DNA of 64,000 bases, taken from Candidatus Thorarchaeota archaeon. Its GTDB lineage: Archaea > Asgardarchaeota > Thorarchaeia > Thorarchaeales > Thorarchaeaceae. The stretch is from contig PRDJ01000036.1 of NCBI GenBank assembly GCA_003345555.1, positions 19,809 to 83,808 on the forward strand. Reading direction: 5' to 3'. The notes beneath the pieces are model-generated. The model was not told the DNA's origin and made no database searches. It worked only from the letters and a program-made list of their open reading frames with translations. Below, in pieces: positions 39,274 through 48,037 of the stretch (position 1 is the first letter of the stretch; every line of letters starts with the position of its first letter). Both the position numbers and the translations under genes were made by a program.

Positions 39274-39420
39274 ATGGAGATGGCAAAAAGACATACGTTG
39301 CGGCAGAGCTAATTATGTTTGACGTCTGATAGCGGCTGCCTTTGCGATAGTACAATACACTCGTCGTCGGATTAAGAAGCTTACCGAGGAAAACAGGAAA
39401 CTCGACAGACCTCTTCTTCT
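39274..39420 (+). pseudogene. Decayed 5' fragment of a duplicated membrane-protein gene (homolog of the 36527 gene)
   Basis: Nucleotide similarity to 36527-36665 ('atacgttgc.gc.ga...atgtttg...acactcgtcgtcg.at.a'), but the reading frame is broken (MEMAKRHTLRQS*). Confidence 0.35.
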
Positions 39421-39637
39421 CGCGTTGGGCGCAATTGCCTTCCTTCCAGCAATGCGTGGAGGCAGTATTTCGAATCCGGTCTCTAGCATCATAGTAGTCA
39501 TTGCTTTCCCATGCTGATGGCTAGTGGTCACAGAAAAGCTGGAAGCTCTCACAGAAGATGATATCTTACCGGGCATCTCTAGTGGGCTCGTGTCAGGGAT
39601 ATTTCCCCCGATACTACTCTAGATTACCGGCAGGCAC

Positions 39638-40375
39638 TCACTCTTTTGTCTCGCCAGAAATCCTTTCTATCTCTTTGATAGAAGTTACCCGTGAGTTCTC
39701 CCCGAAGAGATGACCCGCCCGCCTTTCCTTGGTCCGAATATAGAACTCGTTGTAGCGAGTCTGTTTCGTTATGAGTGGGATTCTTTCTAGGATTTTCACG
39801 CCATGCGCCTTGAGCTGCGCAATCTTCTCAGGATTGTTGGTCAGAAGCCGTATCGATTTTACTCTAAGAGACTTGAGCATATGCGCAGCGACTCCGTAGT
39901 CACGTTCGTCAGGTTGGTGTCCTAGGATTACGTTTGCATCGAAGGTATCAAAGCCTTCATCCTGTAGCGCGTAGGCCTTGATCTTCTCTGTGAGACCGAT
40001 GTTGCGACCCTCCTGACGCAGGTAAATGAGCACGCCCTCGCCGGTCTTCTGGATATATCTGAGCGACTCCAATAGCTGGTCTCTGCAGTCGCAACGTTTG
40101 CTGCCCATCACATCGCCTGTCAAGCATTCTGAATGCAAACGGACGACAACGCCCTCCTTGTCAACTACATCGCCTCTTACAAGTGCAGTGTGTTCCTTGT
40201 CATCACAGGGACTCACAAAACCGCATATCTGAAACTGACCAAACTGACTGGGCAAGTCAGCAACTGCAACAAGCCGAACGCAACATTCAATGGGATCGCA
40301 CGTATGCCCGACACTTTCTTTTATTAGAGATGCAATCTTCTCTTTTGACAGCTTCATCCTCGACACCCTATGCAT
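39638..40375 (-). CDS. ribA: GTP cyclohydrolase II (RibA)
   Basis: 'RLHSECLTGDVMGSKRCDCRDQL' is the zinc/GTP-binding signature. 'RNIGLTEKIKAYALQDEGFDTFDAN'. Confidence 0.75.
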   Translation of the reverse strand: MHRVSRMKLSKEKIASLIKESVGHTCDPIECCVRLVAVADLPSQFGQFQICGFVSPCDDKEHTALVRGDVVDKEGVVVRLHSECLTGDVMGSKRCDCRDQLLESLRYIQKTGEGVLIYLRQEGRNIGLTEKIKAYALQDEGFDTFDANVILGHQPDERDYGVAAHMLKSLRVKSIRLLTNNPEKIAQLKAHGVKILERIPLITKQTRYNEFYIRTKERRAGHLFGENSRVTSIKEIERISGETKE

Positions 40376-40575
40376 CCAAACGCATGTGATTGGCCCGGGA
40401 TTGAGGTCGGTCTCTTCCCAGACCTACCTCGAACTTCGCGCTGGAACGAATCGCATTGTCCTTTCCTTCGCTCTTTATACCTTTGTGTCCGTTAGCGTCA
40501 GTGCTATATGGTCATCAGCTACGCGGTTGCCAAGCACATTCGAATGAGAGACGGTGCACGAATTTGACCGACTTC

Positions 40576-41637
40576 ATGGAAGAGAACCTTGTCAAGGCCC
40601 AAGCTTGGTTGAAACAGAATACTAAGAGGTATGCCTTCAAGAAACTCGAGAAGGAGATCGTTAGAACAGAAGTATGTACTGAGTGCGGCAGCTGTGTCTC
40701 CTTCTGCCCCGTGAATGCACTGACGGGAGACTACTCTTCTGGAAAGTATGTTCCGACGCTAACGGGCAATTGCATAAGTTGTGGAATATGCTACACTTTG
40801 TGCCCGCGAACTGTTGTTCTTTCCCGGGATTTGATTGGTGATTTCAAGAGTGCTTGGAGGATTAGGTCAAAGATAGAGAACCAGACACGGCAAGATGGGG
40901 GCGCAGTAACAGCAGTCTTGGCATTCATGCTTGAAAAGCACATGATAGACGGCGCAATCGTTACAAAGCAGGACTCCAGCAAGCCATGGATGCCAGTTCC
41001 GTTCTTGGCGAGGAAGAGACAAGATGTGCTTTCCTCCGCTGGCACGATCTACACTCACTCTCCCATTGTGACTGAGATGATGAAAGCTCTCAGAAGTGGC
41101 CTTCACAATCTGGCCATTGTAGGAACATCGTGTCATATCGATTCTATCCAGAAAATGGAGCGCCACCCGGCGGGATTCTTTGCAGGCGCAAGCGTGTTCA
41201 AGGTAGGCTTGTTCTGTACGGAGTCATTTGGCTACCAAGGGTTGGTGGGCTTCTTTCAAAACGCGGGCTTGGACATTAAGAGCATCGGTCGAATGACAAT
41301 ATCATCTGGCGTCTTCAGCGCTACGACACCCACTGGAAAGCAAGAGTGGCCTGTGAAGGTATTGGGCGGGGTTGCGGCCAAGTCGTGCTCATACTGTCGT
41401 GACTTCACGTGCAAGAATGCAGACATATCATGCGGCAATGTGGGCTCGGATCCCGGCTGGACAATGGTCCTTGCTAGGAGCGAGCAAGGCGAGAAGGTGC
41501 TTCAAGACGCTATAACCAAGGGTGTCATAGAAGGCGAACGGGTAGATGTCAAGTTGCTGGAAGCAATCGAGAAATCCGCGCGTTCAAAGGCGATGCGATA
41601 TTACTCTTTGAAGCCCGGACAAGGAACAGACGAATGA
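40576..41637 (+). CDS. FrhB/FdhB/FpoF-family flavoprotein (coenzyme F420 hydrogenase/dehydrogenase beta-subunit-like) with an N-terminal 2x[4Fe-4S] ferredoxin
   Basis: 'CTECGSCVSFCPV' and 'CISCGICYTLCPR' cluster motifs, followed by an FrhB-like domain. Start moved to the internal ATG because the track's N-terminal 40 aa look non-coding. Confidence 0.6.
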   Translation: MEENLVKAQAWLKQNTKRYAFKKLEKEIVRTEVCTECGSCVSFCPVNALTGDYSSGKYVPTLTGNCISCGICYTLCPRTVVLSRDLIGDFKSAWRIRSKIENQTRQDGGAVTAVLAFMLEKHMIDGAIVTKQDSSKPWMPVPFLARKRQDVLSSAGTIYTHSPIVTEMMKALRSGLHNLAIVGTSCHIDSIQKMERHPAGFFAGASVFKVGLFCTESFGYQGLVGFFQNAGLDIKSIGRMTISSGVFSATTPTGKQEWPVKVLGGVAAKSCSYCRDFTCKNADISCGNVGSDPGWTMVLARSEQGEKVLQDAITKGVIEGERVDVKLLEAIEKSARSKAMRYYSLKPGQGTDE

Positions 41638-41760
41638 GTACTCTTCGGCAAGAGCCTCCTGCACGAGACCGCATTAAGGGAGTACGAACAGCCAGCCCGA
41701 TGAGACCACCAATGCGAGAAGGAACTTGAGTCTCATTCATAAGGTCGTCCTGCAAAAAGA

Positions 41761-42285
41761 TTGGTGATGCGTCGTAACATACTGCTGACCGGAAGACCAG
41801 GCATAGGCAAGAGCACAGTTATCAGGAAGGTCATTGGCGTACTCGGAGAGACACAATTTGAAGGGTTCTGGACGAGCGAAGTTCGCCTCGGGACTGAGAG
41901 GGTAGGATTCAGCATAAGCACCATTGATGGCCAACAGGGCATGCTTGCAGGAATGGACTCCTATTCGGGACCGCGGATAGGCCGATACATTGTAAATGTA
42001 CCTGACATCGATCGCATCATAGTACCCACTCTTAGGCGTGCGAGAGAAACCGGCAAGACAATCGTCATAGATGAGATTGCCAGTATGGAGCTGACATCCC
42101 CCGGTTTTGCTCCCGAAGTCAGGAAGTGTCTCGATACAAGGAGGGTTCTTGGCACGCTCCAGCAAAAGGGAGGAAGCTTCGTCCAAGAGGTGAAGGAACG
42201 TCTTGATGTCGTAGTCCTAGAACTCACAATCTTGAACAGAGACCTAATCCATCGAGACATTCTATCAATGCTACGGCAACAGTGA
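41761..42285 (+). CDS. THEP1-family nucleoside-triphosphatase (NTPase_1)
   Basis: 'ILLTGRPGIGKSTVIRKV' P-loop and 'IVIDEIASMEL'. Size of about 175 aa fits the family. Confidence 0.7.
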   Translation: MVMRRNILLTGRPGIGKSTVIRKVIGVLGETQFEGFWTSEVRLGTERVGFSISTIDGQQGMLAGMDSYSGPRIGRYIVNVPDIDRIIVPTLRRARETGKTIVIDEIASMELTSPGFAPEVRKCLDTRRVLGTLQQKGGSFVQEVKERLDVVVLELTILNRDLIHRDILSMLRQQ

Positions 42286-42287
42286 TT

Positions 42288-44048
42288 CTACCTAGACTTT
42301 GTCCTGAAGTACAGCATTGCTATAATTAGCGACGACAGCAGGCCTAGAGCTAGCAATAAGCCCCAAAGATAACCAGGGCTCTCCTCCTGTAACATAGACG
42401 TGACGACGACTGTCATCCATGGAGTTGTATGGACATTCTTCATGGAAGAATTATCGACCGCGATAACCCTGTAGACGACAATAGATCCTACAGCATATTC
42501 ACCCAGTGAGGCCGAGTACAAATCTCTCCCTTGAGACTGCATCGTTGCGTTCACTGTATGGTTTGTGTCGAGTCCCCATTCGACTCTTATGCTGCTTATG
42601 TTATTGATGTCCCAGCAGTAGACTTGGACGGTCAAGTTGTTGGCGTAGCCTGTGGTGAATGACTGGATGACTGCGAAGCCACTAACCGTCGGGATATGCG
42701 CGTCGGCGGTCACGTTAACGGTCGTGACTGTTACAGCACTCTGGTTGAAGAAATCAGTCAACGTCATGTTGTAAACATGAATACCTACTGAGAGTCGATC
42801 TACGTTAACACTCAGGTTCTCGCCTCGCCACGTACCGTTCATTAGCACAGCACCGTCGCGAGTGAGGTTGTACGACCGCGGGTTGCTCTCATCTGCACTC
42901 CAGTTCAGATAGTTGCCCTTGTAGCCTTCTTCATAACCAAGATAGGCCTTTCCTGTTACAACGGGAGCCCGAATGTCTTTGTAGATTGTGACATTCAATG
43001 AGTCAGTGTTGTTGCGTCCGTACTTATCAAAAAGCAGTATTGTGAATGTGTAGTTACCCAAGAAGATCGAATCCAAGCTTGTTGTGACGTCGTTACCTTC
43101 AGGATCGATGAAAGTCCATGAAGCCATAGTGATGTTTGTGGGGCTATGAAAAGCAGAGACATTACCGTAGCTACTGTTGGTATAGAGTGTTGTCACTCTG
43201 ACTGTGTAGTTCTTGGGATTGCTGTCATACACATGCCAGACTATCTTGTGTCCCCTTGAGCCAAACTCGAAAGTGAGATCATCGGGCTGGGTAACGGTCG
43301 GAGGAGTCACGTCCAGATAGACAGTGACGTTCACCGAGCTGGTGGCATTGTGTTTGAGAGTGTCGTTGACAAACAGGGTATAGACATACCAGTGAGTTGC
43401 ATTCAAGCCGTCCACGTTTATTGATATGTTCGCACCATAGAACTGTCCAGACTTTACAACCGTACGATTACTGGTGGTTTCGTTAGACGTTCTGGTTACA
43501 TTGTAGAAATCGGGGTTGCTCTCCGTGATATTCCATGTCACAGTATGTCCGAAGCTACCCTCTTCGTAGCTGAAGTTGGCAGGGGCACTTATGATGGGCG
43601 ATGTTGTATCGGCAATCAGTGTTACAAGAACCTCATCCGACACGGACTCATTGCTGGTGTTGAACACCTTGCAGACAAAGACGAATAGTGCGGGCAAAGT
43701 ACTCACTAGCTTCTCAGTGTAGAGGTGGTTCAGAAGCACTTCAATGGCTCCACCTGACCAGGAGCCCGATTTGTGAATCGTACCGTTTCTCGTTACAGTG
43801 TAGTTCTTTGGCGATGGGTCCGTAGAATTCCACACGATTTTCTTGTTTACTGTACCATTCTCGTAAGTCATATCAGAAGGACTGCTGATGCTGGGAGCCG
43901 CTGGAGCGAATTGACCCTCTGGCTTCAGATTGCTAACTAGAGAACTGAAGGACGATGAGACACAGGGTGACAGAACCAACCAAAACACTGTCATGACCAT
44001 GATGAATCTGCTGTGATGGCTCGAAAGCATTGGTGCACCATCCGCCAT
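42288..44048 (-). CDS. Secreted surface protein with 4-5 tandem ~100-aa Ig-like repeats and a C-terminal TM anchor
   Basis: Signal peptide. Repeats of the pattern 'P.V..P.D..YE.GS.GH.I.W...DSNP..Y.V.R'. Many NxS/T sequons. C-terminus 'LWGLLLALGLLSSLIIAMLYFRTKSR'. Confidence 0.6.
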   Translation of the reverse strand: MADGAPMLSSHHSRFIMVMTVFWLVLSPCVSSSFSSLVSNLKPEGQFAPAAPSISSPSDMTYENGTVNKKIVWNSTDPSPKNYTVTRNGTIHKSGSWSGGAIEVLLNHLYTEKLVSTLPALFVFVCKVFNTSNESVSDEVLVTLIADTTSPIISAPANFSYEEGSFGHTVTWNITESNPDFYNVTRTSNETTSNRTVVKSGQFYGANISINVDGLNATHWYVYTLFVNDTLKHNATSSVNVTVYLDVTPPTVTQPDDLTFEFGSRGHKIVWHVYDSNPKNYTVRVTTLYTNSSYGNVSAFHSPTNITMASWTFIDPEGNDVTTSLDSIFLGNYTFTILLFDKYGRNNTDSLNVTIYKDIRAPVVTGKAYLGYEEGYKGNYLNWSADESNPRSYNLTRDGAVLMNGTWRGENLSVNVDRLSVGIHVYNMTLTDFFNQSAVTVTTVNVTADAHIPTVSGFAVIQSFTTGYANNLTVQVYCWDINNISSIRVEWGLDTNHTVNATMQSQGRDLYSASLGEYAVGSIVVYRVIAVDNSSMKNVHTTPWMTVVVTSMLQEESPGYLWGLLLALGLLSSLIIAMLYFRTKSR

Positions 44049-44213
44049 TGGTCTTGATTGCGGCTAGCGCCCGCTCGAACAGGGGGCCCGTTTTATACTC
44101 TTCGGTGGCCGCGTCTCTTCTCTCAGAGAAAGGTCTGTATGGTGAATACTATTAAGACCCTGCGTTGCTACTGACACTGGGACCTATCGGACTCATACTG
44201 TCAAGGAGAATCG

Positions 44214-45128
44214 TTGATGCCCAAGGCCATCTATGCAATATGGTGGGACCCCAACCTCGGTCCTTTTCTCGGCCGGTCATACCCAGAGAATGATCCGCTG
44301 ACGTCCGAAGAAGCTGTAGTCATCTTCATGGGGCATGGACTGCAACAAGAAGCGAAGGTCGGCTACACAAAGTTGGCAAAGGGGTTGGTGGTATCTTATC
44401 TTGACAGCCCAAACTGTATCGCGGTACTACTGGATGAGAACGATGATCCCTCAGTTGTCGAAAGGAATCTGCTTAGACTCGTCGGCCGTATCAATTTCAA
44501 CAGCAGCAAATGGGATGCGGAGATAACGCGTGCCTTTCTTCTGTTGCAGGAACTCATCGCAGAGACATCTGGCCAAGAGCTGCTTTCCAATCCCCACGTT
44601 ACCAGACTTGTCGAAGACATGGCTACGGGTAGAGTGTCAGCCCTGGTTCCTAGGCACGTGCTAAGGGCAACTGCAAAATACCCAAAGGCTTCGGACTACT
44701 TGGGACCCGATGAGGAAGAGGTCTCAAGACTGCTTAAGGATCTAGAACGTGCAGGCCACTTGGTTCCGAAGACATATGGAAGAAGAGTTGAATGCAGACA
44801 GTGTGGAGGCACCGAAGTCACTCTCGAACTCGCGTGCCCTTCGTGTGGGAGTAATGACATCTACAAAGTCTATCTGGTGTTCTGCCCCAAGTGCGGTAAT
44901 AGGACTCAGACAGTACTCGTAGATGACTTGACCGAGGTACGGTGCCAACAATGCAAGCAGCCTGCAAAGGTGTCAGAACTGTCTGTCATAGACGTGGAGC
45001 TGCTCTGCAAAGGGTGTGGGCAGGCGACAAACGATCCCAAAATTGTACTGTCTTGTGCGAATTGTGGAAAGCACATGACAAACACTGATCTTTTAGGCGG
45101 GACAGGGTTGGCATACTATCCGGCGTAG
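44214..45128 (+). CDS. Roadblock/longin-like N-domain protein with a wHTH-like middle region and four C-terminal zinc ribbons
   Basis: N-terminus 'AIYAIWWDPNLGPFLGRSYPEND'. C-terminus 'CRQCGG...CPSCGS...CPKCGN...CQQC...CKGCGQ...CANCGK'. Confidence 0.4.
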   Translation: MMPKAIYAIWWDPNLGPFLGRSYPENDPLTSEEAVVIFMGHGLQQEAKVGYTKLAKGLVVSYLDSPNCIAVLLDENDDPSVVERNLLRLVGRINFNSSKWDAEITRAFLLLQELIAETSGQELLSNPHVTRLVEDMATGRVSALVPRHVLRATAKYPKASDYLGPDEEEVSRLLKDLERAGHLVPKTYGRRVECRQCGGTEVTLELACPSCGSNDIYKVYLVFCPKCGNRTQTVLVDDLTEVRCQQCKQPAKVSELSVIDVELLCKGCGQATNDPKIVLSCANCGKHMTNTDLLGGTGLAYYPA

Positions 45129-45165
45129 CTCAAGAGGTCAAAGCGTCAATAGATTGCCAGGCCAT

Positions 45166-46776
45166 TCATGACCTCTTTCGCTCAGTCCCCTTTTGGGGTT
45201 TTGACTTGATGGCTTTCTTCAGAGCATCACGCACGTTCGCAAGTATCTTCTCCGCCTGCGATACGCTGAGACCTTTCGCCTTTGATGACAACCGCTGAGG
45301 TGTCTCGCCTGCGAGTTGCTGTGCCGACTCGTACCCCGCCTCTCGAAGTCTCTCCTCCATTCTTGCACCTATTCCGGGAATCTTGCGTAGTGGAAGTACC
45401 TTCTCCATATCCGGGCCAATTATGTCGTGCATGTCCTTATCGCTGAGCTCTTGCATTCCCATGATGTCAAGCTGGCTCTTTATTGACTCGAATTCCCCTG
45501 ACCCAACGTACTGTTCGACTGTCTGCTTCACAAGGCGTTCGTCGAAATCGAGACTCAACTTCTCTATTTCTATCTCCTTTCCGAGAATCTCTGGGATGGG
45601 TGCAGACCTGTACAGAGCAAGCATTGCAAGAAGAATCGCGATCTGCGTTCCGAGAACTCGCAGATCGGCAGGGGGATACCAGTTGATTACAAAGGAGACC
45701 CGAAGCGATACGGCCCAGAAGAGGGCTACATACCCAGCGAAGAAGATCCATACTGCAGCTGTTCTGCGGCTCTTGGTCCTCGGAGAACCGATTTCGGGCC
45801 ATATCAGTAGCAAGATGAGGCCCAGAAAGAAACCTTCGATGAACCTCTCGGAGACCAGCAAAGCCGCAGCATACAATTGTATGGCCTCCACAGCAATCGG
45901 ACTCAGTATTGTCAGTAGACCAAACAGGAGTACTCCGGTAGTGAAGGCGCCCTTTCTCCCTCTCCGGTCAGCGATTGTTCCAGCAACAACAATCCCTACA
46001 ATCATCATAATGGGCTCATAGAGCGAAAGACCCGAGTACTGGCCCAACGATTCGTACGTGCTAAACCCGGCATCTTGGAGCACCTTGATTATTCCTAGCT
46101 GTGTCCCAAAGTACCACAGGATGTGTCCGGCCATGAGGATTGTGACAGGGATAAAGTACGACAATGCGTTCCCTTGGACGGCAAAGCGTTTGTACTCCAT
46201 TCTCCAAGGTTTGAATGCGAGACCGAGTAGTACCGCGCCAACTGCCAGAATCTCCATCACTGGGATTCCTGATGCATCCAGGTTTATTCCATATGAGCCA
46301 AGAGCTGAGTAGATAGCAAACAGAACCAGTGAGAAGGTCATGAAAGCCGCGATGACCCTTCCCCGATACTTGGCTACCACGGCCTTGCCGAGTTGCACAA
46401 CCCAGCTGAGCAGCATAACCGCCATACCGCTGAAGACGGATACTGTGAACAGCATCTCAAGCCCGGGGGAGGATGTGCTTGGAGTTCCTGTTTGAACGAG
46501 ATACATGCCAACAAACAGGGGAACAATCGCGGCAAACGTCGTAATGACATAGCCTCGTCCGATATAATCGACAATGAATCCGGCCACAAGCAAGGTCAAT
46601 ACTGTAGAAAGGAGACCTATCCCCAAGAACTGTAGATTCTGCCCGCCAAATGCCGGAAAGAGGGCTTGGTTGCTCAATTGAGTAATTGCATACATGAAAT
46701 AGGCCATGGTTGGAGATACTAGCGCGAAGTATGCGGCCTTCCTGAAGGGAAACTCCCTGTACTCAAGCATATCCAA
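45166..46776 (-). CDS. MFS transporter fused to a C-terminal cytoplasmic helix-hairpin-helix (HhH) domain
   Basis: 'DYIGRGYVITTF' and 'ADRRGRKGAF' MFS motifs. C-terminus 'LRKIPGIGARMEERLREAGYESAQQLA' is HhH. Confidence 0.6.
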   Translation of the reverse strand: MDMLEYREFPFRKAAYFALVSPTMAYFMYAITQLSNQALFPAFGGQNLQFLGIGLLSTVLTLLVAGFIVDYIGRGYVITTFAAIVPLFVGMYLVQTGTPSTSSPGLEMLFTVSVFSGMAVMLLSWVVQLGKAVVAKYRGRVIAAFMTFSLVLFAIYSALGSYGINLDASGIPVMEILAVGAVLLGLAFKPWRMEYKRFAVQGNALSYFIPVTILMAGHILWYFGTQLGIIKVLQDAGFSTYESLGQYSGLSLYEPIMMIVGIVVAGTIADRRGRKGAFTTGVLLFGLLTILSPIAVEAIQLYAAALLVSERFIEGFFLGLILLLIWPEIGSPRTKSRRTAAVWIFFAGYVALFWAVSLRVSFVINWYPPADLRVLGTQIAILLAMLALYRSAPIPEILGKEIEIEKLSLDFDERLVKQTVEQYVGSGEFESIKSQLDIMGMQELSDKDMHDIIGPDMEKVLPLRKIPGIGARMEERLREAGYESAQQLAGETPQRLSSKAKGLSVSQAEKILANVRDALKKAIKSKPQKGTERKRS

Positions 46777-46883
46777 TCAGTCAATCTGCATCATGAGCAC
46801 GATATTTACGTTTCGTCAGCAGACAGAGATAGAGAGTCACTATCAGTATCCCTTCCGAAGGCACAGAAAATGCAAAACCACTA

Positions 46884-46897
46884 CAATGCTTAAATCA
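46884..46897 (+). promoter_or_regulatory. Candidate archaeal TATA box (gcTTAAATcacc) about 35 nt upstream of the 46930 start
   Basis: AT-rich hexamer with appropriate spacing, seen in the sequence only. Confidence 0.2.
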
Positions 46898-46929
46898 CCG
46901 CGAAAGCGAGGGTACAGCTGGCAGAGTCT

Positions 46930-47823
46930 ATGACAGGACCGTTGAAAGTGCAGGAGTTCATGGTTCTGACGGTAGGAGGAATACCCCTCTTCCATTATTC
47001 ACCCAATGATTCGAGAAAACTCGATACTCTGCTGTCCGGATTCCTTAGTGCCGTCTCAAGCTTCGCGGCCGAGTTTGGAGAGCGTTCAATCCAGAGCCTA
47101 TCCTTTGAAGGCTCGGAGATTCTCTATCAGACAGAAGCAGATGTTCTGTTCGTATTCGTAGTTGGATCTGGTGCAGAGAAGCGCGTCTTGAGGGCTGTGC
47201 TCAGAGACCTTAGTCGCAAGTTCCTCAGTAGCTACCAAGAGGAAATCAAGGCAGACGTTCTCATCGAGGATGCATTCAAGGGCTTTGCCGACGAGGTCAA
47301 GAGATCCTTCTCGTTCTACGAAGGCGTTCTTGCAGTGGCAGCAAGTCTTAGCTCGTTTGTTGTTCCAAAGATAAACCAGGCAACATTCGATGCGGCTGTG
47401 AGCTTGATGGGGCTTTTGGATGAGCTGCATCGTGATTTTGGTATTGGTGGCAGCAGGATTGTGGATGCAATTGATGGAAAGGCCTCCATCTACGATGTAA
47501 GTCGAATAACCGGAATTGAGATTGATCAAGTAACAGAGGTTGTCGAGTATCTCGTCATATGGGGTGTAGTCAGGGTGTTTAAGATGTGTCCAGCAATTCA
47601 GGCAAGCGACGCCAGGTTCGACATCTACCTCGATATCGTTGGTCTTCCCAAACGAGACAATCAGATTCTAATTCGAGCAAGACCTTTCTGTAAAGGCGAG
47701 AAGTCACTGGTTGAAATAAGCGAGAAAATAGGAGTCACAGCTGAAAAGCTACACGAGATACTAGGTAAGCTTGGCAATGCCGTAAGCTGGAACTACATTG
47801 AAGTTACAAGCCTGTCACACTGA
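46930..47823 (+). CDS. Roadblock-like N-domain plus winged-helix protein (297 aa)
   Basis: 'LTVGGIPLFHYSPNDSRKLDTLLSGFLSAVSSFAAEFGE' and a C-terminal wHTH 'IYDVSRITGIEIDQVTEVVEYLVIWGVVRV'. Confidence 0.45.
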   Translation: MTGPLKVQEFMVLTVGGIPLFHYSPNDSRKLDTLLSGFLSAVSSFAAEFGERSIQSLSFEGSEILYQTEADVLFVFVVGSGAEKRVLRAVLRDLSRKFLSSYQEEIKADVLIEDAFKGFADEVKRSFSFYEGVLAVAASLSSFVVPKINQATFDAAVSLMGLLDELHRDFGIGGSRIVDAIDGKASIYDVSRITGIEIDQVTEVVEYLVIWGVVRVFKMCPAIQASDARFDIYLDIVGLPKRDNQILIRARPFCKGEKSLVEISEKIGVTAEKLHEILGKLGNAVSWNYIEVTSLSH

Positions 47824-48037
47824 ATTGCCTGACCGGATCTACAGGACTCTCGACGACGGATATGGGTCTGGTAAGGTATAATAGCAGTGGCACCCAGTCA
47901 CAGGACACGGCTCACCGGGGGTCACATCGCTGGTCAAAGAAGTCCTCATCCTACGTGAAGGCGGAATTCCACTCTTTCATTACAGTGTTGGCGGCACAAA
48001 GAAGCTAGACGAACTCGTTGCAGCCTTCTTATCGGTC

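Larger units (their letters stand above)
38878..39420. repeat. Segmental duplication, copy B
   Basis: See copy A. Similarity fades after about 39420. Confidence 0.6.

Noticed and set aside
39455-39475. 'tatttcgaatccgg' T-loop-like sequence
   Set aside because: No complementary stems. It lies inside the decayed duplicate fragment.
40456-40575. N-terminal 40-aa extension of the FrhB-like ORF (MSFPSLFIPLCPLASV...)
   Set aside because: Composition looks non-coding. The start was moved to the ATG at 40576.
45383-46021. 212-aa plus-strand ORF within the MFS-HhH gene
   Set aside because: Ser/Arg-rich non-protein-like antisense translation. The MFS motifs are on the minus strand.
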